Origin: Octopus sinensis
Taxonomy: Eukaryota
DNA: 64,000 bases
Direction: 5' to 3'
NCBI RefSeq assembly: GCF_006345805.1
Contig: NC_043014.1
Location: 8,556,001 to 8,620,000, forward strand
Below the pieces are notes generated by a model. The model searched no databases and was not told the origin of the DNA. It worked only from the letters and a program-made list of their open reading frames with translations. A program made the translations under genes and the position numbers. Shown here one piece after another: positions 24,511 to 36,831 of this stretch (the first letter of the stretch is position 1; every line of letters starts with the position of its first letter).

Positions 24511-24777
24511 GGGATCTTTTCCTTTTGAACGGCAGTTTTCAATACAATTTCTAGTTAACTAAACACTTTTAAACTTCGTATACTGGTAGAATGTCCTTAT
24601 AAAACATCATTTTTTCTTGACTTTATTGAGAAAATTCTATGGTTTGTAACATATTTCGAATAGAATTTTCTCAATAAAGTCAAGAAAAAATGTTTTATAA
24701 ACACATTCTACCAGTATACGAAGTTTAAAAGTGTTTAGAAATTGTGTTGAAAACTGCCGTTCAAAAGGAAAAGACCC
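24511..24777. mobile_element. Internally deleted MITE forming a ~110-bp-arm palindrome
   Basis: gggatcttttccttttgaacggcag ... ctgccgttcaaaaggaaaagaccc with long inner inverted repeats; partial family members at 25131-25445 and 32731-33030, diverged relative at 58237-58601. Confidence 0.8.
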
Positions 24778-25686
24778 AAAAGCAGTGACATAAAAAACCT
24801 TGAACAAATCAAATCAACTACCCAACAATAACAGAAACGACACCCCCGACTAGACTTCCACAGTTTCCGCTTCTGAAATCCATCTCGACAAAGCAGGCAT
24901 ATATGTCGATCTGACTCTTGTGTCAGAAAGCACTCAAGGTGCCACGCAGTAGGATCTTGGGAAACCAAGTTAAAAAAAAGCGAAACTTTTCAAAAACGGG
25001 AAAAAAAAGTGTCAACTGCCAAGACAGCCTTTATGCGGTCGTTCGCCCTGCTAGAAATAAAAGGCAATTCTCTCTAAAATCACACTCTAACGTATTAGAA
25101 AGGCAAAAATTAGATTAGAGGTATCCTAGAGGATCTTTTCGGTTTGAACGGCAGTTTTTTCTAGCGGTGTCATATGAAATTGTCACCCATAATTATAACC
25201 CTAGTATCGATCTATTGCATTTCAATCTGTTTTAGGGTTAGGGGTGGGGGAAGGGTATCTTTTTTTCATCAGAAATGTAAATAAACCCAATCTGTTTCTT
25301 AAACGAGGGACATATTCATACGGCACAGAATGTTTTCACCTCCAATAGACGTCATTGATTGGTTGAAATTGCAGAAATTGAAGAAAAAAACAACAAATAT
25401 CTTACAAACTATAGAATTTTCTCAATAAAGCCAAGAGAAAAAGATGTATATATATATATATGTATGTATGTAAATATTTGTGTCTGTTCCCTCCCCCCAC
25501 CATCTCTTGACAACCGATGTTGGTGTATTTACGTCCCCGTATAAATAGCGGTTCGGCAAAAGAGATTGATAGAATAAGTACCAGGCTTACAAGAATAAGT
25601 TCTGGGGTCGATTTGTTCGATTAAATACATTTCAAGACGATGACCCCAGCAAATAAAAAAAAATAATAAATAAATATATATAATAT

Positions 25687-25747
<61 letters not shown>

Positions 25748-26832
25748 GGCACAGGCGTGACCGGGTGGTAAGAAACTTGCTTCCTAACCACATGGTTTTC
25801 GGGTTCAGTCCCACTGTGCGGCATCTTAGGCAAGTGTCCTTACTGTAGCCCCAGGCCGACCAAAGCATTGCGTGTGGATCTGGTAGACAGATAGTGAAAA
25901 AAATCCCGTTGTGTGTGTGAGTGTGTCTATATATGTTCCTCCACCATCGCTTGACAACCGGTGTTGGTGACTTTGCGTCCCCGTAACCTAGCGGTTTGGC
26001 AAAAGTAATCGATATCAGACTTAAAAAAAAAAAAGAAGTACTGAGTTCGATTCATTCGACTAAAAATTCAAGGCGGTGCTCCAGCATGGGCACTGTCTAA
26101 TGACTGAAACAAAGATATATATATATATAGTGGCTGTGTGGTAAGTAGCTTGCTTACCAACCACATGGTTTCGTGTTCATCCCATTGCGTGGCACCTTGG
26201 GCAAGTGTCTTCTCTATAGCCTCGGGCCGACCAAAGCCTTGTGAGTGGATTTGGTAGACGGAAACTGAAAGAAGCCCGTCGTATATATGTGCGTGTATGT
26301 TTGTGTGTTTGTGTTTGTCCCCCTAGCATTGCTTGACAACAGATGCTGGTGCGTTTATGTCCCCTTCACTTAGCGGTTCGGCAAAAGAGACCGATAGAAT
26401 AAGTACTGGGCTTACAAAGAATAAGTCCCGGGGTCGAGTTGCTCGACTAAAGGCGGTGCTCCAGCACGGCCACAGTCAACTCACTGAAACAAGTAAAAGA
26501 GTATATATATATTTGATGATCTCTGAGGGGATGCCGTCTCTTCCCGGAGACTTGCCCCTGGCTAGGGCGTCAATAGCCTTGGTGAGCTCCGCTATAGCCG
26601 GCAAACTGCCAAGTTCGTACATATATATATATAACGATGATGAAAGTTCTGTTTCATTTCTTCTTTTCCTTTTTGACGCTATTTTTAGTTTTATTATTTT
26701 CCTGGAAAAACTAAATTGAATATTTTACATGTATCTGAGGAGGAAATAGTTCATTGCACGATTATATACCTAGTATAGACACACACTTATGTGTGTGTGT
26801 CTGTGGCACCTCAGGCCAACTCTCTCTCTCTC

Positions 26833-26900
<68 letters not shown>

Positions 26901-27137
26901 ATATATATATATATGTATATATGTTTGTCCCCCAACACCATCGCTTGACAACCGATGTTGGTGTGTTTATGATCCCGTACCTTAGCGGTTCGATAGAATA
27001 AGTACTAAGCTTACAGAGAATAAGTCCCGGGGCCCATTTATCGACCCCGAAAGGATTTTGAACTCAGAACGTAACGGCAGACGAAATACGGCTACGCATT
27101 TCGCCCGGCGTGCTAACGATTCAGCCAGTTCACTGCC

Positions 27138-27199
<62 letters not shown>

Positions 27200-27238
27200 T
27201 ATATATATAATATATATATATATGTGTGTGTGTGTGTG

Positions 27239-27419
27239 TACCAATTAAGGACTGAACACGAAAAGTGGACAGTCAACATGCTAGATATAGACGTCAAATC
27301 GCCATTCTCCACAAAAGATTATGTTCTGAATCAACATAATCTTTTGTGGAGAATGGCGATTTGACGTCTATATCTAGCATGTTGACTGTCCACTTTTCGT
27401 TTTCAGTCCTTAATTGGTA
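27239..27419. repeat. Near-perfect inverted repeat, 87-bp arms, 7-nt loop CTGAATC
   Basis: 27239-27325 versus 27333-27419, one mismatch seen; abuts (TA)n/(TG)n. Confidence 0.95.
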
Positions 27420-28837
27420 TATATAAATATTTTAATCTTCGGATTCTTTTTTAATATGCTAGACCACTGGTTTTTAATTGATAAATATCAATTTCTACCC
27501 TTAATTAATTATATATATATATATATATATGTATGATCATGTATAGAGTTGTAATTAGCTTGTTTGTTCTATGAAACCACTCCTGTGTGTTTGCGTTTCG
27601 GAAACGTAGAATTGTGGTCGAACGAATGGGAGGGAGAGTGCTCAATAATATACGCAGAGTATGGGTTACTGAAACCGAAAGTTTACCATGCAACTCGAGT
27701 TAGAAGCCACCGCGACGCAGTGACGTGTGTACACACACACACACATACACACACGTCACGCACATAAACACGATGAAATTATTTTTAGTGGATTCGTGAT
27801 CATGTATTTACACCAACATTCTTTTCTCACAGAACGAAAATAAACCCCCCTATCTTATAACTAAGCAATTATCTTAATATTTAGACACCTCAGCCACGCA
27901 CCAACGTGCTGTTACCGTTCCTATCACCCTACTACATGAGAACAGCTCGCTTTCTGAAACTTGAAACTATAAGAAACACTGTTTTATTATTGTCGATCGT
28001 ATAAAATACAGCCAGAAATGTATAGGGAGGGAGTTAAAATTATTTTATCGATACCTGTAGGTGATTGCTACTTAATTTTATCGACCTCGGAGGGATGACA
28101 GGCAAAGCTGACCTCAGTGGAGTTTGAACTCAAATCCGTTAAAGGCCTGAGCTAGCTGAAATAAATATTGCCAAATATCGTTACCCACAAGTTACAGCTA
28201 AGGATGAATCGACCCCCGTGAAATAATAATTATTATTAAACTAGCACTCTATCATTTTAACAAGTACCTACAAACAGATTTTCTGGAGGACGATACAGCC
28301 AGTCATCAAGCTGGTATCAAACATCACTGGTATCTGTTTTGACTTCCGCGGTGATGAATGGCGAACACAAAACATCCAATGTCGAGATTTAAATAAAATA
28401 AATGTTTGTTGTATTCATCACAGAGGGATTTTCTTAAAAGAGAGACACATTAAAAGGCCGTGGGTGTATCTAAACATATCACAATATAATAAACTAAGTG
28501 AATAAGTTCATAAGTTTTCAATGCAAAACGCAAAAGGTGACCAACTCTTCCTTGAAGCACAGATCGTTGAATGTAAAGTTTTAATATTTCTGATAAATAT
28601 TATTATCAAGGATTGTTTTAAATAATATTACAATCATAAAAGAAACTCTTTCTCCGTTTTAATACCTTGTTTTAGTAATTTAATTGACCAAAATCAATTA
28701 AGTTACTAAAACAAGCTTTTTTTCTTTTCATTATGGGGAGCACATTTTTTGATCGTTCAGGTAATAACAAACACTTCGTGGCTCCTTCAGGTTTTGAAAT
28801 CAAAACTTAATAAGACCTAGGGGAGTTGAGAGAGAAA

Positions 28838-29265
28838 GAAAGATAAATAGATAGATAGATAGGTAGGTAGATAGATGGATAGATAGACTAATTGATAGAT
28901 AGATAGTCTAATAGATAGATAGATAGACAGACAGATAGATGGATAGATAGACAGACAGATAGATAGGTAGGTAGGTAGATAGACAGATAGGTAGGTAGAT
29001 AGATAGACTAATAGATAGTCTAATAGATAGATAGATAGACAGACAGATAGATGGATGGATAGATAGATAGATAGACAGACAGATAGATAGGTAGGTAGAT
29101 AGTCTAATAGATAGATAGATAGACATATAGGTAGGTAGGTAGATAGATAGATAGACAGACAGACAGATAGGTAGATAGACTAATAGATAGATAGTCTAAT
29201 AGATAGACAGATAGGTAGATAGACAGATAAATAGATAGACAGATAGATAGGCTAATAGATAGATA
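28838..29265. repeat. Degenerate (GATA/GACA/GGTA)n microsatellite
   Basis: Visible directly; similar tracts at 34628-34686 and 44806-45135. Confidence 0.95.
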
Positions 29266-29357
29266 GTATGTGTGTAGCAGACATAAATGTTTTGTTTTTG
29301 TTTGTTATTTATTTCGTATTGAGAAACAAGTCAGAGGTAATATAATAATATATATAC

Positions 29358-29457
29358 CTTTAATGATAGTTTCAATAGCTTTCCTCTGTAGGTCTGACTT
29401 AAATTGTTTATGTTTGAAGACATCATTCAGTACCTGGTACATGCGGTCTTCATCCAT
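29358..29457 (-). CDS. RECQL5: RECQL5 coding exon 1
   Basis: accATGG start; MDEDRMYQVLNDVFKHKQFKSDLQRKAIETIIKG (RecQ N-terminal L..VF...F...LQ..AI pattern); donor AAAG|gtatat; 100 nt; joins in frame to KQDVFISMPTGSGKS. Confidence 0.88.
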
Positions 29458-29684
29458 GGTAAACTGCTTTAAATTGTATCTATGACATTGGTAAAAGTCG
29501 CAAGATTTCCAACTCGCTTCGTTGTTGTTGCCAATATCTCTGTGTATGTATATGTTTATATATGTGTATATATATATAGCTCGTGTGTGTGTGTGTCTAT
29601 GTTTTCCAACTGACAACTCGACAGAGCTTCACCGGTTTAACATCGCCTACAATAATTTTCAATTAACTTTACAACAGTGACCCA

Positions 29685-29692
29685 CCGGAAGT
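29685..29692. promoter_or_regulatory. ETS-type motif CCGGAAGT in the probable RECQL5 promoter/5'UTR region
   Basis: Perfect motif ~230 bp upstream of the ATG in a short repeat-free, CpG-containing island (29600-29950). Confidence 0.35.
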
Positions 29693-30233
29693 CAACGCTT
29701 TTTTCCACAAAGGTCACATCCGATCGGGCCTTCAATTTCTTAATTAGTAAACTTTGCAAGTGAACTTCGTCCCGGGTCCCTTGATCTTGCTCCTTATTAA
29801 ACCTATTTTTTTTACTGGCATTTCTTACACAAGCGGGTCCACCTCCACCCCCACCCGCATCCCGGCTTTGTTTCTTCACAACTTGTGAAAGAAAAAATAA
29901 AGAAATTTACTTCGAATGTCTTTCGGATGATGTAGATCCACGGTTATATAATATTTTCTTATGCTTTGTTTCAGGCATTAGACTGCGGCCATGTTGGGGC
30001 ACTGCCTGCACAAAAAGATTTTAGTCTAACGAATCGATCTCAGTACTTCCACCGCCCACCCCACCCCGCCGTTAAGTTACAGGGACATAAACAAACCAGC
30101 ACCGGTTGTCAAGCGGTGATGAAACACAGACACACACACGCACATACGACGGGCTTTTTGAGTTATCTGTTTTTTTTATTATCCACATGGGGCTAAACAC
30201 GGAAGGGACAAACAAGGACAGACAAACGGATTA

Positions 30234-31928
30234 GGTTAAACTAAAGCGTTAAACCCGGGCACAAAAAAAAAACGAAAATAGTGTAATAGGTGTAAAACAA
30301 CTTGCTCTAAACGAATATGATGAAAAAAATGCGCGCTCGCGAAAGGGAAGAGGTGGGGGAGAGGCCTCGGAAATTTCACATTTTCAGTCCACGGTCTTTA
30401 AACTAAGAAAAAAATAGTGTAATTGGTGTAAAACTACTTGTTCTAAACGATTATCAAGAACACACACTCACACATGAATCATAAACTCCGTATTTTTGTA
30501 CATATTTCGCAAAAGAAAAAAGAAAGAGAAAAAATTCTGGAAAAAGTGAAGATATTTTAAAGTTAAAGAAAACATTCCTTATGAGATAACTTAATTTCAC
30601 TTGTTAGTACCATGTTTTTCTACAAGATCTTTTCAAGAAATACAGTTACATAAACACACTTTGGTGAAGCGAAACATTCTTTGATTGGATTATTTATAAT
30701 CCTTCCGAGTGAATATGCATATATCGCAGTTAATCTTTTTCTTGCTGTCAACTAATAGATGACCTGTTGGTAATTGAAATGAAAATATTCTGAACTTAGA
30801 GCTAAACATTTGCGAATTGTTAGGCTTTTTGGAAAATTATGATTAATATTACTTAGTTATTCTAGACTTAGGGAGGAACGACCAAATTTATCTCACTACC
30901 TGTTTTTTCCACTGAACAAATTTTAAAACACTTGACATTTGTTTGATAGATAGATATCTGAGAATTTTAAAAGGGTACATTACAAACGTACATTTATATT
31001 ATTCTTTAAAAAAATGATCTGCTTACTTTTTATTTTTATTTTATTATTTTTACTGGAACTTAATACAGTCATACAGTATAGTATAACCTATTGTAGCCGA
31101 CTGAATTAAAAACTCAGTGCAATCTTGCTACGCTAGTAAATCTGTAAAATACCCATCGGATGCCTATCTGAAATGGAGAAAATACTTATAAACTTTATCA
31201 GGCCAAATAAAATTCGGTAAAAACGACTAAGCAAAGAGAAAGACGAATCCATATATGCATTGTCAATTGATTTATATATAGTTAGATTCTGACACGCATT
31301 TTGATCCACACGGCGGAGATCCAACATTTCTTCACTTTTTCCAGAATTTATTCTCTTTCTTTCTTTTTTTTTTCTTTGCGAAATACGTACAAAAATACGG
31401 AGTTTATGATTCATGTGTGAGTGTGTGTGTTCTTGATAATCGTTTAGAACAAGAAGTTTTACACCAATTATACTATTTTTTTAAAGGCCGTGGACTGAAG
31501 ATGGCCGAGGCCTTTCCCCCACCCCACCCCTTTCGCGAGCGCGCATTTTTTTTTCATCATATTCGTTTAGAACAAATTGTTTTACACTATTTTTGTTTTT
31601 GTTTTGGTGCCCAGGTCAGACGCTTTCGGAAATTCCCGATGTGAATTTTCCGAGGCATCACCCCCACTCCCCTTTCGCGTGCGCGCAATTTTTTCATATT
31701 CGTTTAGAGCCTTATTACACTATTTTTTTTGTTTTGTTTTGGTGCCCGGGTCAGCCCCTCAGACGCTTTCGGAAATTCCCGATGTGAATTTTCCGAGGCC
31801 TCTCCCCCACTCCCCTTTCGCGTGCGCGCATTTTTTTTTTTCATATTCGTTTAGAGGAAGTTGTTTTACACCTATTGCACACATTTTTTTTTTGTTTTTG
31901 TGACCGGGTTTAACGCTTTAGTTTAACC
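30234..31928. mobile_element. 1695-bp non-autonomous DNA transposon with long TIRs and 8-bp TSD (Merlin-like; hAT not excluded)
   Basis: Termini GGTTAAACTAAAGCGTTAAACCCGG / CCGGGTTTAACGCTTTAGTTTAACC; TSD acggatta at 30226-30233 and 31929-31936; splits a SINE-B; no transposase ORF seen. Confidence 0.85.
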
Positions 31929-32394
31929 ACGGATTAAGTCGATTACATCGACCCCAGTGCGTAACTGGTACTTAATTTATCGACCCCGAAAGGATGAAAG
32001 GCAAGGTTGACCTCGGCGGAATTTGAACTCAGAACGTAACGGCAGACGAAATACGGCTACGCATTTTCGCCCGTTATGTTCACCCTGGTTGGCTTCTGGA
32101 ATGTGGCAGAACATAGAATTTTACGCTAATCTTTTTATGGGAGAATGAATAAAGCACCGGACTACTATTTCGGAAATTACGACTTGAAATCCACTGTAAT
32201 TGTGTTAGCGGTTAGAATATTCTCCTCACGATGGTAAGGTCCGTGTGAGGGCAAGTCTTCCGCCCGTCCCCCCTAAAAAAAAACTACCCTTAAAAATTTT
32301 TTTTTCGACACAACCCCCTCCTTTTCGGCTACGGGGAATACGAATCTTCAAAAAAAAAAAAAAAAAATTGGCAAAAATCGGCAATTTTTAAATT

Positions 32395-33300
32395 ACTCCC
32401 CCTCCCCACCATTTCCTTCATCTTTTTCACTTTTTAAGGAAATTTTTTTTTTTTTCAAAATATGCCGAAAAGTACGGAGATTATGATTCTGAAAAAAGTT
32501 TCCAAAAATTTTTGTAAAATTAAAAACAAAAAAATCTTTATTTCTAAATATGCGGAAAAATACGGACATTGTGATTCGACAAAAATTTCAAAACAAATTT
32601 CTGTAGTTACGGTTAGAGTTGGGGTTTTAGGGTTAGGGTTAGTGTTAGGGGAAAAAGTCAAAATTGAAGAATTTGGGGTGGGAGGGAAAGAGGGGAAAAA
32701 TTTAACATTGTCGATTTTTGGCAATTTTCCGGGATCTTTTCGGTTTGAACGGCAGTTTTTTAAAATAATTTCCACGTAACTAAACACTTTTAAACTTCGT
32801 GTACTGATAGCATATGTTTATAAAACATCTTTTGCTCTTGACTTTATTGAGAAAATTCTATGGTTTGTAAGATATTTGTTGTTGTTTTTTTCTTCAATTT
32901 CTGCAATTTCAACCAATCAGTGACGTCTATTGAGGTAAAAAAAACATTCTGTGCTGTATGAATATGTCCCTCGTTTAAGAAACAGATTGGGTTTATTTAC
33001 ATTTGTGAAGAAAAAAAGATACCCTTCCCCCACCCATTTCCTTCATTTTTAAAAACTTTTTTTCAGAATCTTCCTTTTTTCAAAATGTGCCGAAAAATAC
33101 GGACATTATGATTCGGACAAAAATTTCAAAACATTTCTGTAGTTACGGTTAGAGTTAGGATTTTAGGGTCAGGATGCTAGGGTTTAGGTTTTAAGGTTAG
33201 GGTTAGTGTTGGGGAAAAAAAGTCAAAATTGAAGAATTTGGAGTGGGGGGCAAGTGGGGGGTGGTGGAATTTAACATTGTCGATTTTTGGCAATTTTCTG
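32395..33300. repeat. Two ~300-bp direct repeats with TTAGGG-like tracts, separated by a partial MITE
   Basis: gttacggttagagtt...ttagggttagtgtt...gtcaaaattgaagaatttgg...aacattgtcgatttttggcaattttc occurs twice. Confidence 0.75.
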
Positions 33301-34012
33301 GAACCTCTGTATCTGAAAACGGGGGGGGGGGCAAAAAATTTTTTTAAATTAACAAATTTGGGAGAAACTAGGGTGGGGTGGGGAAAGAAGGGCAGAAGTT
33401 TTTCCCGCGTGAGTTCAGTTCCTGATGGTACGCTGTGTCTTTGAGCAAGACACTCTATTTCACGTTGCTCTATTCCACTCAAGGGGCAAGAATGAGTTGC
33501 ACCTGTTATTCAAAGGGCCAGCCCTATCATATTCTGTTTCACGCTGAATCTCCCTGAGTGCTACGTGAAGGGTATACATGTCTGTGGAGTGCTCAGCCAC
33601 TTACACGTTAATTTCACAAGTGAGCTGTTCCGTTGATCGGATCAACTGGGACCCTCGTCATTGGAACCAATATTTGCTTACATTCTGAGTTCAAATCCTG
33701 TCGAGGCCAACTTCGCTTTACATCCTTATGGGGTCAATAAAATAAATAACAAAACATACTGAGATCGATGGTATCGACTGAGGTTAACATGCAGTTTACC
33801 TTTGTAAAAAAAGGAAAGTAAATTGTTTCTAAAAGGCTGGAAGTGACGGCAGTGGTATACCAAAATTGGATTTATTCCGTTTGACGTACAGATGTTTTAA
33901 TTAATTTTTTTTGTGACTAAACTCTTTGAAACTTTGGATATTGGTAGAATGTGTCTTGTAGAACAGTGTTTATTCTTAACGGTTTTGACAAAATTTTGTA
34001 TTTTAGAAGTTA

Positions 34013-34404
34013 CTAGCAGTATCGCCCGGCGTTGCTCGGGTTTGTAAGGGAAATAACTATAAAGCATTTTTAGAGAGTTATAGCCAAAAAATAGCGAAAA
34101 AATGCATTAAATATGGAAAAAAATTATGGTAAATTTTTTTTAAATCGTTGACTCATCGTAGACATTTTTAGAGAGTTACTTCCCTTTATTAAAAAAAATA
34201 TGCATTAAAATGGAAAAAAATGATGGTAAATTATTTTAAAAATCGTAGACTCATCGTAGACGCGCGGTAATACAGAGAAGGGCTCGATATGAATCACGAC
34301 TATAAGATACCCGGTTTTGGTTAAACTGCATCGCAAAATGTGGGAGTAGTTAGGAATCTAAATCGGAGTAGACAGACACACAACCTTTCTTCTATATATA
34401 AAGA
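34013..34404 (-). mobile_element. Non-autonomous Helitron (family 2)
   Basis: Minus strand A|TC...hairpin-CTAG|T termini, no target duplication; same family as 51013-51405. Confidence 0.85.
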
Positions 34405-34626
34405 TTTCGTGTTAAAGTTGTCATATTTGGGTAATTTTTACCAATCAGTGACGTGTATTCAGCTGAAGAAAATTACTGCTGCTGTTTGCAAATAACAATT
34501 TCCAGGTCCATTGACTAAACGATGAGTCTTCGACAACAGAAAAATTTAAACTGAAAATCTCCGCTAACAAAACCCTTCTTTAATAACCAGAGATGTTTTT
34601 ATAGCATCATATATGAGAATGTGTAC

Positions 34627-34686
<60 letters not shown>

Positions 34687-36350
34687 CGGCACCATACTTA
34701 ATATCAATCGGATTCCTATTATGCTGGCTAATGTAAGAGGCGAAATTCCTGCAACAAGAATAGCTAATCTTAAGGGTTCTTCTATTAAATATTCTATAGA
34801 ATTTATGGTCCTGCTTAAAATGCCTAGAGACTAATTTCAAGAATTCCTTACCTATATTAGTTTTACGGCCAAATTGAAAGCCGGGTTGAACCACAAAACT
34901 TTCCTGGTCCTAGTTCTGCGCGCAGCATTACTACCAGCATTAAGCTGGTTGTACTGGATCTTCTCAGAGAATCCACTATTCCTTAATGCGCTATCGTAAT
35001 AAGGTGCAGCATTATGGAATGCTGCCTCATCCGAAGAAATTGACGATATTCTTCTACCTACATTGCTGACTAAGTTCCTAAGGATAACTGGTGGATGGTT
35101 CGAATATTTGCTAATATACGATAGCTTGTCATTGGGCTTACGGTAAGGTTTAATTTATCCGACCTTATATTAAAATTTACAAATAAAAAAATCTACACTT
35201 TTCAGGTTAGTATCTATTGTAACCCGTAAGCCCATTATTTGGAAGAAAGCAATAAGGTCCTTCCTAAGCCTATCTGATTCATGGCCGTTTAAATTATGGG
35301 TGGCTATAAGGCCGTCATCCCTATATAAACCTGCATCTATAAATGGGAATTCTATTTTTAGATTATGAAGAATAAAGGCTCCTATGAGCATACATAACTC
35401 AGCCCCGTCGTATGCCCCCATCGGTACATCGAAAAGAGAATCCTCACTCTTCTTAATCCAGGTGGAATCCTCGAAAAAAAGAAGTGATTTCCTCGCATGT
35501 ATGATGATATCAATTTCTGAGCTACCGATGTCGACATACTGCTTGGCGAAGTCCAATGCTCTTAGGAGTAAAGCCCTAGATATTGACGGGTAAAAGTCAA
35601 TAATATCGAACTGCCTAAAACTGCAATTATGCTTAAAGCTAATGCCTTTAAACCACTCTATGACTGACTTACTATTCTTCCAAATTCTCAAATCTAATTC
35701 ACTATCTAACTTAGTTAAAATACGGTCCAAAATATATTTGCTAATAATGCCTATCTCAGTTTTAGCCGGATTTATCAATCTACATTTGGGGTTTCTATTA
35801 AAATTGGCTTTATTGTCTTTTAGTGTAATAAAAGTTGGTCGTGGGGAAAGATATTCTATCCTATCACTAATCGTAAGATTGTTAGCTATTCTTCTTGCTT
35901 CCAAATTCACCTCTTTGTATATATTTGTGTTATATTTTTTGTATGTATCTGTGACACTATTCGAAATTAGACGCTTCTAAGCGTCCTTATCAAGTACATA
36001 TAAGTTCCTTGTCTTATCAGAATTAACGAAGATCTTATTCGAGCTGTTAATCTCCTTAATTTTTTCATTCATATTTCTCTGTAATTGGTTGCTATATTTA
36101 CGGAATTTAATTTTCCTAATAAGTTCGAAAAGGTCTTTCTCGAAATTCCGGAATAGGTGGTGGATTTCTGGGAGATTTAAGTTCATATTTGTTTCCGTCG
36201 GTTTTCTGTTTAGTATCAAAGAAGAAGGCTTTCCATCTCAATTTTCGAACAAACTCTTCCGTTTTCTCTACAAGACCTTTGAGATATTGCTTCTGTGCAG
36301 GGATAGGTATATTTGTTCTGAGAAAAATCCAGCGGGTAAAGTTCCATCTT
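34687..36350 (-). pseudogene. Decayed Penelope-like retroelement RT ORF (Naiad/Chlamys-type motifs), lacking the GIY-YIG end
   Basis: Reconstructed NIPIP..KQYLKGLVEKTEEFVRKLRWKAFFF, DKTRNLY, TLKDNK..FNRNPKCRLINPAK, FDIIDFYPSI, DVPMGAYDGAE, LYRDDGL, YSNHPP, RKVLWFNP, KISYSC; one TAG and several frameshifts; cut by (GATA)n. Confidence 0.88.
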
Positions 36351-36831
36351 TTTCAGTTGTTGAATTTAGCTTATAGTCTATATGGATACAGTGATTTTAC
36401 ATGCGAACTACATTGCGTATACATGTGTACGTGCATTTGTGTATATATTTTAACTTTGTATTTATATGTCTGTATATGTATGTGGTCTTCGCACATCTAT
36501 CTGTGTATGTTGATGTATATATGTATAGTTTAGTAAGAGTATGTACTGATATGTAATATTTTAATGCATTTTAACATTTTAATTTCAATTTCCATGTATT
36601 AATTATATTTTCTTTTATTAATGACAATATGTATTTTAACCAAAGATTCGATGTAAGGTTTTTACCTCGAATTTTATAATTTTATGTATATATATATATA
36701 TTTTTTTTTTTTGGAGCTAATTTTTGTTTATCGCTCGAAATTGACCGTTATTTGTAAAGGACCAATCAAACAAGTCCATTTTTAAAGGTGTAGTGTTTAT
36801 ACTAGTCTTGATAGAATTGGCATATCGGTTC

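Noticed and set aside
29637-29879. 80-aa ORF upstream of RECQL5
   Set aside because: No recognisable family, ends in a stop before exon 1, and overlaps the probable promoter/5'UTR; at most a uORF
34515-34550. CGATGAGTCTTCGACAAC hammerhead-like string
   Set aside because: Both core boxes are broken, no stem I, and it lies inside an unrelated old repeat
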